In this document: in pieces, positions 19,720 to 29,937 of the stretch
Layout: every line of letters starts with the position of its first letter
How positions within the stretch are numbered: the first letter of the stretch is position 1
NCBI GenBank assembly: GCA_002726235.1
Contig: PBSN01000008.1
Coordinates: 164,550 to 228,549 of the forward strand
DNA length: 64,000 bases
DNA from: Nitrospiraceae bacterium
GTDB taxonomy: Bacteria > Nitrospirota > Nitrospiria > Nitrospirales > UBA2166
Reading direction: 5' to 3'
Position numbers and translations under genes: made by a program
The notes under the pieces: generated by a model
What the model was told of the DNA's origin: nothing
The model's input: only the letters and a program-made list of their open reading frames with translations
The model's database searches: none

Positions 19720-19954
19720 GCGATAGGTTTGTTCAGTAACAACTCAGCTTACTCCATTTTTGCTCAGGACGGTGTTGGTGTGTTGTTCGCCTCACGCACT
19801 TTCTGATGCACTTCTCGTGCCTTGTACTCGACCACGCATAATTGAGGCAATCTGAGTTGCTACCTTAAACCGTTTTCTCCTCTGCCTTCTGGTCGAGACT
19901 TTTCGATTGCAGGTGCAGAGCCTCGTAGCACAACTTGCTTTTCCTAGCATATTA

Positions 19955-19983
19955 TTGACCATGGAAGATGCTCGTGCGATAAT
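19955..19983 (+). promoter_or_regulatory. Candidate sigma70-type promoter for ilvBNC
   Basis: TTGACC (19955-19960), 17-nt spacer, GATAAT (19978-19983), about 75 nt upstream of ilvB. Confidence 0.5.
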
Positions 19984-20056
19984 CGCTGTTAATTTTTGGC
20001 AGAATTCAAAAGGAGTTACGTGTAAATTGTTCAAGGCCGGGAGGTAGGTTCGAGCA

Positions 20057-21835
20057 GTGATGATGAATGGCTCTAAAATCTTTATTGAGGCCCTCAAATG
20101 CGAAGGGGTTGATGTCATCTTTGGTCTCCCTGGGGGAGTTGTGTTAAAGATTTTTGATGAGTTGCATCAACAGAGTGACATTCAGGTAGTTGTTACCCGC
20201 CACGAACAAGGAGCTGGCCATATGGCTGAAGGTTATGCCAAAGCGACGGGACGACCTGGTATCGTGCTGGTAACCTCCGGTCCGGGGATGACTAACATTG
20301 TCACTCCACTTGCCGATGCCTATATGGATTCTGTGCCCATCATTGTTTTTACTGGTCAGGTGTCAACACAGTTGATAGGGAACGATGCCTTCCAAGAAGC
20401 GGATAATCTTGGCATTAGCCGTCCGTGCACAAAACATAATTTCCTCGTGCGGGATGTCAAAGATCTCGCTCGAACGATTCGAGAAGCTTTCCATATCGCG
20501 ACCACAGGTCGTCCGGGTCCTGTGCTTGTTGATATCCCGAAAGACGTGTCGATTAACACGGCGGAGTTTAAATATCCAAAGAAGGTCAATCTTCGCGGCT
20601 ATAACCCTAATCATTGTGGTGATAAAACGCAGGTGACACGCGCGGCCGAAGCGATTTCTCAGGCGAAACGCCCAATTATTTACGTGGGTGGGGGCGCAGT
20701 ATTCTCAAATGCTGCCGATGAAGTTAAAGCACTCGCGGAGATTGGGAATATTCCGGTTGACATGACCCTCATGGGATTGGGAGTGTTTCCAGCAACTCAT
20801 CCACTCTCGCTTGGGATGTTGGGGATGCACGGTTCGTATACCGCGAATATGGCAATTCATCATGCCGATTTGGTCATTGCGGTTGGATCGCGATTTGATG
20901 ACCGAGTCACCGGTAAAACGTCTGAGTTTTGTCCTAAGGCGAAAATCATTCATATCGATATTGATCCAACCTCTATCCGTAAGGTTCGGGATATTGAGGT
21001 CCATATTCCCATCCTCGGAGATGTCAAGGCCGTCCTGATGGAACTGACTCAGGCGTTAAAAGTCAGCATTGATGGGCGTAAAAAAGATCTTCGTGAACCT
21101 TGGTGGAATCAGTTGCGTGACTGGATGGACCGATATCCGCTGACCTATGCGCAATCTGACGATGAGGCAATCAAGCCACAGTATGTTATTGATCGACTCT
21201 ACCGACTGACCACGGATAACGATCCTATCGTCTCAACTGATGTTGGCCAGCATCAAATGTGGGCGGCACAGTATTTTAAACTAGAGCATCCGCGGCGATG
21301 GTTGACCTCTGGAGGATTAGGAACTATGGGATTCGGATTTCCTGCGGCCATGGGGGCGCAGCGGGCGTATCCTGGCCGTCTTGTTTTGTGCGTTTCTGGC
21401 GATGGAAGTTTCCAGATGAATCTCCAAGAGCTCGCTACGGCTGTTCTGTACAAGCTTCCCGTGAAAGTCGCGATCATCAATAACCACTATCATGGTATGG
21501 TGCGCCAATGGCAGGATCTTTTTTATGAGGGAAGATATGCCTCCAGCTATCTTTCCGGTCTCCCTGATTATGTGAAGCTTGCGGAGGCATATGGTGCGCT
21601 TGGTCTGCGGGCAACCTCTCCGTCAGATGTTGATGCGGTGATTCAGGAGGCGGTACATATGGATGGTCCAGTCCTGATGGACTTTGAGGTCAGTCGGTCA
21701 GAGAATTGCTACCCGATGATTCCTGCTGGAGGGGCAAACAATGAAATGCTTCTTCAAGATCCGCCACATCTTTCTCCGGCTACAAAGTCGCTGGTGGGAG
21801 TGTCGGATGACAGTGATTCAGTCTTGACAGCTTGA
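20057..21835 (+). CDS. ilvB: Acetolactate synthase large subunit
   Basis: GSKIFIEALKCEGVDVIFGLPGG ... HEQGAGHMAEGYA ... a ThDP motif GGLGTMGFGFPAAMGA...GDGSFQMN. GGGAGG SD at 20039-20044. The start could be GTG 20057 or ATG 20060/20063. Confidence 0.95.
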   Translation: MMMNGSKIFIEALKCEGVDVIFGLPGGVVLKIFDELHQQSDIQVVVTRHEQGAGHMAEGYAKATGRPGIVLVTSGPGMTNIVTPLADAYMDSVPIIVFTGQVSTQLIGNDAFQEADNLGISRPCTKHNFLVRDVKDLARTIREAFHIATTGRPGPVLVDIPKDVSINTAEFKYPKKVNLRGYNPNHCGDKTQVTRAAEAISQAKRPIIYVGGGAVFSNAADEVKALAEIGNIPVDMTLMGLGVFPATHPLSLGMLGMHGSYTANMAIHHADLVIAVGSRFDDRVTGKTSEFCPKAKIIHIDIDPTSIRKVRDIEVHIPILGDVKAVLMELTQALKVSIDGRKKDLREPWWNQLRDWMDRYPLTYAQSDDEAIKPQYVIDRLYRLTTDNDPIVSTDVGQHQMWAAQYFKLEHPRRWLTSGGLGTMGFGFPAAMGAQRAYPGRLVLCVSGDGSFQMNLQELATAVLYKLPVKVAIINNHYHGMVRQWQDLFYEGRYASSYLSGLPDYVKLAEAYGALGLRATSPSDVDAVIQEAVHMDGPVLMDFEVSRSENCYPMIPAGGANNEMLLQDPPHLSPATKSLVGVSDDSDSVLTA

Positions 21836-21878
21836 GCCTGAGGCTCACCACATTACATCAATAATAAGAGGAGAGGTT

Positions 21879-22406
21879 GTGAGCGTCGAGAGCGTTGAGC
21901 GGGAACATATTGTTTCTATGCGAGTTGAAAATCGCTCTGGTGTTCTTGCGCGTGTCGCAGGTTTATTCAGTGGACGTGGGTATAACATTGAGAGTTTGAC
22001 CGTAGCTCCAACATTGGACCCAACGATTTCGATGATGACGATCGTTACCAAAGGGGATGACCTAATCATCGAGCAGATTCTTAAACAACTGAACAAGCTG
22101 GTCGAAGCTATTTCTGTTGTTGACCTGACGGAGCGCGCGTATATTGATCGTGATATGGCCATCATAAAAGTGAAAACCACGCTCGAAACTCGCGCGGAGG
22201 TGTTTCGAATCGCAGAGATTTTTAGGGCTCGTGTGATCGATTCGACTAACACGATGTACACTTTGGAGGTGACAGGGACGGGACGGAAAATTGAAGCGAT
22301 GATCTATCAATTGGAATCTCTTGGTATTGAGGAACTCGTTCGTGCAGGTCACATTGCCGTTGCGCGGGAACCTTATGGGGCAGACACCGATAGAAGGAGT
22401 GAATAA
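21879..22406 (+). CDS. ilvN: Acetolactate synthase small (regulatory) subunit
   Basis: HIVSMRVENRSGVLARVAGLFSGRGYNIESLTVAPT is the ACT domain of IlvN/IlvH. GTG start preceded by an AGGAGAGG SD. Confidence 0.95.
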   Translation: MSVESVEREHIVSMRVENRSGVLARVAGLFSGRGYNIESLTVAPTLDPTISMMTIVTKGDDLIIEQILKQLNKLVEAISVVDLTERAYIDRDMAIIKVKTTLETRAEVFRIAEIFRARVIDSTNTMYTLEVTGTGRKIEAMIYQLESLGIEELVRAGHIAVAREPYGADTDRRSE

Positions 22407-22409
22407 ATC

Positions 22410-23423
22410 ATGGAAGTCTTCTATGACAAAGACGCCGACCTACAGAATTTACGCGGAAAAACCATCGCGGTTCTTGGCTATGGTAGTCAAGGACATGCGC
22501 ACGCTCTCAATTTGAAAGACAGCGGTATGGATGTGATTGTCGGTATACGCCCTGGCACTTCCTGGGACAAGGCGGAGAAATGTGGACTCAAAGCCATGCC
22601 AACAGCAGACGCCGTTGGTGCGGCAAGTATTGTGATGGTGTTAGTTCCTGACGAAGTGCAGTCGAAGTTGTATTTAGACGCAATTGCTCCGAACATTCAA
22701 TCTGGTAGCTACCTTGCGTTTGGGCATGGATTTAACATTCACTTTGGACAGATTGTTCCTCCTTCCCATGTGAACGTGTTCATGGTTGCACCGAAGGCTC
22801 CGGGTCATCTGGTTCGCTCCTCATACACCAAAGGTGGTGGAGTTCCGATGTTATTGGCAGTGCATCAGGATCCAAATGGTGATACTGAAGCAATCGGCTT
22901 GGCCTATGCATCAGCGATTGGTGGAGGGCGTGCAGGGATTCTGAAGACGGATTTTCGTGAAGAGACGGAAACTGATCTCTTTGGTGAACAGGTTGTACTT
23001 TGCGGCGGCTTGACGGCTCTTATTCAGCAAGCCTTTGAGACTTTAGTTGAAGCTGGATACGCTCCTGAGATGGCTTATTTTGAATGTCTGCATGAAGTAA
23101 AACTTATCGTCGATCTTATTTACGAAGGCGGCATCTCAAATATGCGCTATTCCGTTAGTACGACTGCTAAGTACGGCGATATCACTCGCGGCCCACGAAT
23201 TGTGACGGAAAAAACACGCAAAGAGATGCGTGCAATTCTTCGAGAAATTCAAAGTGGTGCGTTTGCTCGCGAGTGGATTCTTGAGAATCAGGCGAATCGA
23301 CCAGTGTATAACGCTCTTCTCAAAAAGGGTGAACGTCATCCGATTGAAGAAGTTGGAACGAAGCTCCGAGGGATGATGCCTTGGCTACAGCAGGGAGCGC
23401 TTGTCGATCGTACGAAAAATTAG
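22410..23423 (+). CDS. ilvC: Ketol-acid reductoisomerase
   Basis: [39 protein letters not shown] is the class I KARI signature. Confidence 0.97.
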   Translation: MEVFYDKDADLQNLRGKTIAVLGYGSQGHAHALNLKDSGMDVIVGIRPGTSWDKAEKCGLKAMPTADAVGAASIVMVLVPDEVQSKLYLDAIAPNIQSGSYLAFGHGFNIHFGQIVPPSHVNVFMVAPKAPGHLVRSSYTKGGGVPMLLAVHQDPNGDTEAIGLAYASAIGGGRAGILKTDFREETETDLFGEQVVLCGGLTALIQQAFETLVEAGYAPEMAYFECLHEVKLIVDLIYEGGISNMRYSVSTTAKYGDITRGPRIVTEKTRKEMRAILREIQSGAFAREWILENQANRPVYNALLKKGERHPIEEVGTKLRGMMPWLQQGALVDRTKN

Positions 23424-23459
23424 CCAAAGCAAACGATTGATCTTTGCAATAGCCGGCTG

Positions 23460-24098
23460 ATGCGGAACTTTCCTATAGCACCCGAGGCCTCTCCATTTGT
23501 TCTGCTCCTAGGGACTCTTGCTATAGGAGCATGGTTTCTTGGTTTTAAGATTGCGAGCCTCATTCTCACAATTCTCGGAGGCTGGGTGTTGTGGTTTTTT
23601 CGCAATCCTACACGAACGATTCCTGACGCTCCACGTTCAATTGTTTCACCGGCTGATGGGAGAGTGATGGAAATTCACGAGGAGGAGGAGAGGGAATATT
23701 GTAAAGAACGTGTAATACGCGTGAGCATCTTTTTAAATATTTTCAATGTGCATATTAATCGGATCCCTTTTACCGGGGAGATAATGAAAACTGGATTTAT
23801 CCCCGGCCGATATTTACCTGCAATGAAACCAGCGGCATCTCAGCTGAATCATCGACACGCCATTCTCATTCGAACCTCAACAGGGCGACAGATGCTGGTT
23901 GTTCAGATTGTGGGATTGATTGCACGACGTATTCGCTGTTGGGTCAAAATAGGAGATCAGGTGACGCGCGGGGATCGATTTGGCCTTATCCAATTTGGGT
24001 CTCGCGTGGATATTTTTTTGCCGTTGGATGTGAATCTTCGGGTGCAGGTTGGAGATCACGTCAAGGGGGGCAGTTCAATTCTTGGAGAATTTTCATGA
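23460..24098 (+). CDS. psd: Phosphatidylserine decarboxylase proenzyme (short form)
   Basis: SPADGRV ... FNVHINRIP ... self-cleavage site LIQFGSRVDIFLP. Confidence 0.85.
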   Translation: MRNFPIAPEASPFVLLLGTLAIGAWFLGFKIASLILTILGGWVLWFFRNPTRTIPDAPRSIVSPADGRVMEIHEEEEREYCKERVIRVSIFLNIFNVHINRIPFTGEIMKTGFIPGRYLPAMKPAASQLNHRHAILIRTSTGRQMLVVQIVGLIARRIRCWVKIGDQVTRGDRFGLIQFGSRVDIFLPLDVNLRVQVGDHVKGGSSILGEFS

Positions 24099-24853
24099 GA
24101 GCAAGGGGTAGTATTCTGTATCTTCTTCCAAGCCTTTTGACAACAGGCAATTTGTTTGCCGGTCTCTACGCCATTATTGCGGTCATGAATGCCAACTATA
24201 TGTTTGCAGCCATCGCTCTCCTCATTGCCCTGATCTTTGATGGACTTGATGGAAAATTTGCGCGGATGACCAACACCACGAGTCGGTTTGGTCTGGAATA
24301 TGATTCCTTGGTTGATGTGGTGTCATTTGGTGTTGCGCCTGGTATTTTGATCTATTCGTGGGCCCTCAGTGCACGAGGAATGTTTGGGTCTGCTGTTGTC
24401 TTTGCGTTTGTTGCCTGTGCGGCGCTGAGGCTTGCACGATTTAACGCACAGAGTAGCGGTGATGATAACCGGTTTTTCGTTGGCCTCCCAGTGCCGGCAG
24501 CCGCTGGGGTGATTGCTACTTTGGTGATCTTTGATCACCATATTTTACGATTGGGGAGGGAAGTGAAGCCACTTCTCATTTTGAGTATTACGCTTATCCT
24601 CGCATTTCTGATGGTGAGTGTAATTCGATATCGTAGCTTTAAAGAGTTTGATTTTAAAAAAGGACGTCAATTTAACTATCTCGTGATCGCTGTCTTAGTG
24701 TTGATGCTTGTGTCTGCGGCACCTCAACTAACATTGTTTGTATTGTTTGTTGGATATGCGCTTTCTGGCCCGCTAGAACCGTTAGTTCGCGTGTTGATGA
24801 AAAAGCTAATCGTGCAACCGGTTACACATGATATGGGAGATCCAAAGGAATAG
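24095..24853 (+). CDS. pssA: CDP-diacylglycerol--serine O-phosphatidyltransferase
   Basis: LPSLLTTGNLFAG ... CDP-alcohol phosphatidyltransferase motif DGLDGKFARMTNTTSRFGLEYDSLVD. ATG 24095 overlaps the psd stop (ATGA). The track ORF's upstream extension (23939) lies inside psd. Confidence 0.85.
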   Translation: MRARGSILYLLPSLLTTGNLFAGLYAIIAVMNANYMFAAIALLIALIFDGLDGKFARMTNTTSRFGLEYDSLVDVVSFGVAPGILIYSWALSARGMFGSAVVFAFVACAALRLARFNAQSSGDDNRFFVGLPVPAAAGVIATLVIFDHHILRLGREVKPLLILSITLILAFLMVSVIRYRSFKEFDFKKGRQFNYLVIAVLVLMLVSAAPQLTLFVLFVGYALSGPLEPLVRVLMKKLIVQPVTHDMGDPKE

Positions 24854-24936
24854 TGCGACTACTCGATGTTCAGCAAAAACTGAAGTTTTTAGGTTGCTGA
24901 TCCCCGCTCCCTGATCGCTGACCGGCTGGTTGAATT

Positions 24937-26478
24937 ATGCCGCGCCTCATTACAATTTTTGATACTACTTTAAGAGACGGAGAGCAGTCCCCGGGTGCAA
25001 GTATGACCTCTGATGAGAAGTTGATGCTTGCACGGCAACTCGCACGGTTAAATGTTGATGTCATCGAAGCTGGATTTGCGTTTAGTTCACAAAGTGATTT
25101 TGAAGCGCTACAACGGATTGCTGAGGAAGTTGAAGGACCGACGATTTGTAGTTTGGCGCGTGCAAAGCCGGGTGACATTGATCGAGCCTGGGAAGCAATC
25201 AAGGGGGCGCCAAAGCGCAGAATTCATACCTTTCTATCGACTTCTGACATCCATCTGAAGCATCAGTTTAGACTTACAAGGGATGAGGCGCTCAAGCAGT
25301 CTGTGGAAATGGTGCAACGTGCGAAAGGATATATCGATGACGTTGAGTTCTCACCCATGGACGCTACTAGGTCAGACCCTCAATATCTGTATGATGTATT
25401 GACTGCCGTGGTCGAGGCTGGAGCGACAACTCTCAATATTCCTGATACCGTCGGCTATATCAATCCACAGGAATTTGGAGCGTTAATTCGCGGGATTCGT
25501 GAGAATGTGGATGGGATTGCGGGTGTCGTAATCTCTGTCCACTGCCATAACGATCTTGGTTTGGCGGTTGCAAATTCTCTTGCCGCGGTTGCTGAGGGTG
25601 CTGGGCAGGTGGAATGCACGATCAATGGGATTGGCGAGCGTGCCGGCAATGCTTCTCTTGAGGAAGTCGTAATGGGACTCCGTGTGCGGAGACAGTTGTA
25701 TGATGCAGATACTGCCATAGTCACTGAGGAAATTATGAAGACCAGTAGGCTAGTCAGCAAAACAACGGGGTTGCCAGTTCAGCCAAACAAAGCCATCGTT
25801 GGGGCAAATGCATTTGCCCATACTTCCGGCATTCATCAAGATGGACTGCTGAAAGATGGAACGACCTATGAGATCATGCGACCGCAATCGGTTGGTCTGC
25901 TCCAGAGCCAAATGGTGATGGGAAAGCTCTCTGGCCGGCATGCATTTCGAAACCAGCTCGAGGTGATGGGCTACAGACTTTCGGACGACGAGTTGTACGC
26001 TGCATTTCAAAGGTTTAAGCGTCTTGCAGAGCAGAAGAAAGAAGTTTTTGAGGAGGATATCGAAGCTATTATTTCGGAGGAAGTTCAGAATATGCCTTGT
26101 TCCTATACGCTGAAGCACCTACGCGTAGAGAGTGGAACCGATATGACACCAACAGCCACAATTGAAATGGAAATCAATGGGACACTTCAGAAGCATACGG
26201 ATACAGGGGATGGACCGGTTGATGCTGTGTACCGTACGATTGCGGCGATGGTCAAAACAACGAGTACCTTGACATCCTATGCAGTAAAAGCCATTACGGG
26301 TGGGATGGACGCGCAGGGTGAAGTGACAGTGAAAATTGAATCTGAGGGGAGAACCGTGACTGGAAATGGGGCCTCAACTGATATTATCATCGCATCCGCG
26401 CGGGCTTATTTGAATGCCATTAATAAACTTGCCTACTGGAAAGGCAAAACACTCCACGATTTAGAATCCACTGTTTGA
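24937..26478 (+). CDS. leuA: 2-isopropylmalate synthase
   Basis: ITIFDTTLRDGEQSPGASM ... HCHNDLGLAVANSLAAV ... C-terminal LeuA dimerisation/regulatory domain. Confidence 0.95.
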   Translation: MPRLITIFDTTLRDGEQSPGASMTSDEKLMLARQLARLNVDVIEAGFAFSSQSDFEALQRIAEEVEGPTICSLARAKPGDIDRAWEAIKGAPKRRIHTFLSTSDIHLKHQFRLTRDEALKQSVEMVQRAKGYIDDVEFSPMDATRSDPQYLYDVLTAVVEAGATTLNIPDTVGYINPQEFGALIRGIRENVDGIAGVVISVHCHNDLGLAVANSLAAVAEGAGQVECTINGIGERAGNASLEEVVMGLRVRRQLYDADTAIVTEEIMKTSRLVSKTTGLPVQPNKAIVGANAFAHTSGIHQDGLLKDGTTYEIMRPQSVGLLQSQMVMGKLSGRHAFRNQLEVMGYRLSDDELYAAFQRFKRLAEQKKEVFEEDIEAIISEEVQNMPCSYTLKHLRVESGTDMTPTATIEMEINGTLQKHTDTGDGPVDAVYRTIAAMVKTTSTLTSYAVKAITGGMDAQGEVTVKIESEGRTVTGNGASTDIIIASARAYLNAINKLAYWKGKTLHDLESTV

Positions 26479-26502
26479 CGGAGCGGGAGGAAGAACAAAC
26501 GA

Positions 26503-27579
26503 GTGAAAGCCACGATTGCGACCTTACCTGGTGATGGTGTTGGGCAGGAGATTCTTCCTGCAGCCATCAATGTTTTAGAAGCTATTGCGAAACGCTTTGG
26601 ACATTCATTCGAGTTTGTGCCAGCAATTGTTGGGGGTGCAGCGATTGATGCGACGGGACAACCTCTTCCTGAGGAAACTCTCAACATTGCAAAGTGCTGT
26701 GATTCCGTATTGCTTGGTGCAGTTGGAGGACCAAAGTGGGAGGGCCTTGACTACAGCATACGGCCAGAGCGGGCATTATTGGGGTTGCGAAAAGAATTAG
26801 GCATGTACGGGAATCTCCGGCCCGCGAAACTCTTTCCGATGCTTGCCGATGCGTCGACGATCAAACTTGAGGTCCTCAAGGATCTTGATCTTCTGGTGGT
26901 CAGAGAACTGACAGGGGGAATTTACTTTGGTGAGCCTCGAGGAATCCAAACAACCGAGACAGGCAAGCGAGGAATCAACACAGAAGTCTATACAACGGAA
27001 GAAATTGTTCGGGTTGCTCGGATTGCTTTTGAAGCTGCACAAAAGAGAAATCAGCATGTGACGTCTGTTGACAAGGCCAATGTTCTTGAATCATCAGAGC
27101 TATGGAGATCGGTTATTATTGAAGTTCATAAGGACTATTCCGATGTTCGATTGGATCATATGTATGTTGATAATTGCGCAATGCAACTTATACGAAATCC
27201 ACGGCAATTCGATGTCATCGTGACGACAAACCTGTTTGGAGATATTCTGAGCGATGAGGCTGCGATGCTCACGGGGTCTATTGGAATGTTGCCTTCTGCA
27301 AGTCTTGGTGACAAACATGCCATGTATGAACCTGTGCATGGAAGTGCTCCTGATATTGCCGGGCGTGACATCGCAAATCCAATTGCGATGATCGCATCTT
27401 CCGTGATGATGTTGACACATTCGTTTCACCTCGATGCTGAAGCGCAAGCGATTGACGCTGGAATATATAAGGCGCTTGAGCAAGGGTATCGAACAAAGGA
27501 TTTGGAATCACCTAGCTGTATCACAGTTGGGACAAAGGAGATGAGTGGACATATTGTGGCGGCGATTCTGACCTCATAA
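26503..27579 (+). CDS. leuB: 3-isopropylmalate dehydrogenase
   Basis: IATLPGDGVGQEI ... NLFGDILSDEAAMLTGSIGMLPSASL ... EPVHGSAPDIAG. Confidence 0.95.
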   Translation: MKATIATLPGDGVGQEILPAAINVLEAIAKRFGHSFEFVPAIVGGAAIDATGQPLPEETLNIAKCCDSVLLGAVGGPKWEGLDYSIRPERALLGLRKELGMYGNLRPAKLFPMLADASTIKLEVLKDLDLLVVRELTGGIYFGEPRGIQTTETGKRGINTEVYTTEEIVRVARIAFEAAQKRNQHVTSVDKANVLESSELWRSVIIEVHKDYSDVRLDHMYVDNCAMQLIRNPRQFDVIVTTNLFGDILSDEAAMLTGSIGMLPSASLGDKHAMYEPVHGSAPDIAGRDIANPIAMIASSVMMLTHSFHLDAEAQAIDAGIYKALEQGYRTKDLESPSCITVGTKEMSGHIVAAILTS

Positions 27580-27619
27580 TGGGTCAAGTAGCAAAGCAGG
27601 AGAACGTGGGCTATATCGC

Positions 27620-28642
27620 ATGAAGAAGAAAACTGCGTACGCAGTTGCCGTTGTAGGAGCGACGGGTGCTGTGGGCAAGGAGATGATTTCTATTCTTGAA
27701 GAACGTAGGTTCCCGGTTGATACTCTGCAGTTGTTTGCGTCATCGCGATCTGCAGGTACTAATGTGAGTTTTAACGGTCAGAGTATGACGGTGATGGCGT
27801 TGGAAGAGAACTCGTTTGCTGGGGTAGATATCGCATTGTTTTCGGCAGGAGCTAGTGTGAGCCGTGAATACGCGTCTAGTGCCGTAAATGCTGGAGCGGT
27901 TGTGATTGACAACAGCTCGGCGTTTCGAATGGATCCAGATATTCCCTTGGTCGTACCTGAGGTGAATCCGGGGCATTTATCTCGCCATCATGGGATTATC
28001 GCGAATCCAAACTGCTCCACTATTCAGATGGTGTGTGTCTTGAAGCCACTGCATGATGTGGCGAGGATTAAGCGAGTTGTCGTAACCACATTTCAGTCGG
28101 TTTCGGGGACTGGTAGCGATGCTATGGCGGAATTGCTTGAGCAATGTAAACATCTGCTTGCATTCCAAGAGGTGAAACCAATCGTTTATCCCCATCAGAT
28201 TGCGTTCAATGTGATTCCGCACATTGAGGATTTTCTGCCAGATGGATATTCCAAGGAAGAGATGAAGCTGGTGAATGAAACGAAAAAGATTATGGGCGAT
28301 GATTCTATTCGCATTGCGGCAACAGCGGCGCGAGTTCCAGTCTATGTTGGACATGCGGAATCGGTTAATGTTGAAACTGATCTCAAAATGACACCGGAAG
28401 TAGTCCGATCTACCCTTTCAGAGTTTCCTGGAATCCAAGTCTTTGATGATCCTCAGCGAAAAGTCTATCCCATGCCGCTACACGTTGCTGGAACCGACAA
28501 CGTGTTCGTCGGGAGAATTCGAGAAGACCCATCAATAGAGAATGGATTCCATCTCTGGGTTGTCGCTGATAACCTTCGAAAGGGCGCAGCGTTGAACGCA
28601 GTGCAAATTGCAGAGAAGCTTATCGACATACCTGAATCGTAA
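27620..28642 (+). CDS. asd: Aspartate-semialdehyde dehydrogenase
   Basis: VAVVGATGAVGKEM ... active-site IIANPNCSTIQM ... VGHAESV. Confidence 0.95.
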   Translation: MKKKTAYAVAVVGATGAVGKEMISILEERRFPVDTLQLFASSRSAGTNVSFNGQSMTVMALEENSFAGVDIALFSAGASVSREYASSAVNAGAVVIDNSSAFRMDPDIPLVVPEVNPGHLSRHHGIIANPNCSTIQMVCVLKPLHDVARIKRVVVTTFQSVSGTGSDAMAELLEQCKHLLAFQEVKPIVYPHQIAFNVIPHIEDFLPDGYSKEEMKLVNETKKIMGDDSIRIAATAARVPVYVGHAESVNVETDLKMTPEVVRSTLSEFPGIQVFDDPQRKVYPMPLHVAGTDNVFVGRIREDPSIENGFHLWVVADNLRKGAALNAVQIAEKLIDIPES

Positions 28643-28716
28643 GTTGACTGTAATTGCCTAGAACGCTTCGATCGACCGAAATCACCTTGAACGCAAATCG
28701 TCATCGTGGCCTTGCC

Positions 28717-29910
28717 ATGCGACTACCTTTGATGAAATTCAAACGAGCTTTTGGCTCTAAATGTTTTTTTGCGTTCATTGTAAGGACTGCTGTCCTTATT
28801 TTTGTGAGCCTTCTCTCGCCAACAGTAGGTTACGCCGAATCAATTCGCGTAGCGATCTTCGAACGGCAGTTAGGGGTGACCATCTTTGCACCAGGTGGGG
28901 TTCTCCTCAAGGAGCCAGGAGGTCCGTCGTGGCGACAATACACCTCCGAGGCAAAAATCTCCCCCATATCAGGGGGAATCCGGGTTAATACACACCAGTA
29001 TTCAGTGCAAGTGCTTACGATTAGAGGTAAAACAGGAACGCTGAAAGTCAATGACCTTTGGGTTCGTGGATCGGTCAAAATAATCAAGCGACATGGACGC
29101 TTTCTTGTCGTTAACAACCTAGACATTGAGGAGTATCTCGTCGGAGTTCTCTTGGGAGAAATTCCATCGGCATGGCCTCTTGAATCTTTGAAAGTGCAGG
29201 CAATTGCATCAAGGACATATGCGCTCTACCAGAGATCAAGAGAGCGATATGAGCATTACGATCTTGTTGCCACGACACTGGATCAAGTTTTTACGGGTGC
29301 ATTATCACCAAACCCGACGGCATTTGAGCGTCGTTCACGAGCAAAAGTTGTCAGAGCTGTGAACGCAACACGAGGACAATTTATGACCTTTAACGGACAG
29401 CCAATTTTAGCGGCGTTTCACTCAACTGCCGCTGGTCAAACCGAGGATGCCTTGCAGGTATGGTTGGAAGATATTCCTTATCTCACAGGGGTGGCGTGTC
29501 CGTGGGATTATCAGTCGAAGTTCTATGACTGGACACGAGAAATTCAAATTACGACATTAGAACAGCGACTACGAAACCATGGCCATCGGGTTGGGGTTGT
29601 CGCTTCGATTACCCCAATGGTGATGACTAGGTCGGATCGTGTTGGATCACTCAGGATTCTGCACTCAAATGGGGAACTCATAATCCGCGGAGAATCATTT
29701 CGAAAAGCCGTTGGCTACACCGCGTTATTGAGTACTAACTTTGAGATTGAGCATTTCGGTAAGAACATTGTATTTCGTGGAAAAGGTGCGGGACATGGGG
29801 TTGGCCTATGCCAATGGGGCGCAAAAGAACTTGCTGAATCCGGCTTCAACATGCATTCCATCCTGCAGTACTACTATCCAGGAGTTAGCATCCAGCGTCT
29901 GCGTCGCTGA
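28717..29910 (+). CDS. SpoIID/LytB-domain protein (peptidoglycan-remodelling)
   Basis: EEYLVGVLLGEIPSAWPLESLKVQAIASRTYAL ... AAFHSTAAGQTEDA ... GHGVGLCQWGAKELAESG are SpoIID hallmarks. A signal-anchor lies at the N-terminus. Start at ATG 28717 or 28732. Confidence 0.8.
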   Translation: MRLPLMKFKRAFGSKCFFAFIVRTAVLIFVSLLSPTVGYAESIRVAIFERQLGVTIFAPGGVLLKEPGGPSWRQYTSEAKISPISGGIRVNTHQYSVQVLTIRGKTGTLKVNDLWVRGSVKIIKRHGRFLVVNNLDIEEYLVGVLLGEIPSAWPLESLKVQAIASRTYALYQRSRERYEHYDLVATTLDQVFTGALSPNPTAFERRSRAKVVRAVNATRGQFMTFNGQPILAAFHSTAAGQTEDALQVWLEDIPYLTGVACPWDYQSKFYDWTREIQITTLEQRLRNHGHRVGVVASITPMVMTRSDRVGSLRILHSNGELIIRGESFRKAVGYTALLSTNFEIEHFGKNIVFRGKGAGHGVGLCQWGAKELAESGFNMHSILQYYYPGVSIQRLRR

Positions 29911-29937
29911 TCGAGTTTTTTCGAGTTGCGACCTCCT

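Noticed and set aside
19736-19863. Long-range inverted repeat GTAACAACTCAG / CTGAGTTGCTAC (11 of 12 complementary) enclosing ~104 nt between ribE and the ilvB promoter
   Set aside because: My rough estimate is that one such 11/12 match in a region this size is not far from chance. I saw no supporting substructure or known motif, so I did not call it an RNA element.
19792-20118. 108-aa minus-strand ORF covering the ribE-ilvB intergenic region
   Set aside because: It starts inside ilvB and runs through the predicted ilvB promoter. It has no SD and gives a basic, low-complexity translation. I treat it as non-coding.
23939-24094. N-terminal extensions of track ORFs: pssA from 23939, rodA from 53014, moaA from 2860, pdxA to 31682, leuS to 8688, topA from 56150
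   Set aside because: The extensions overlap the preceding conserved gene or add non-homologous residues ahead of well-known N-termini. I chose internal starts that match family N-termini and coupling signals.
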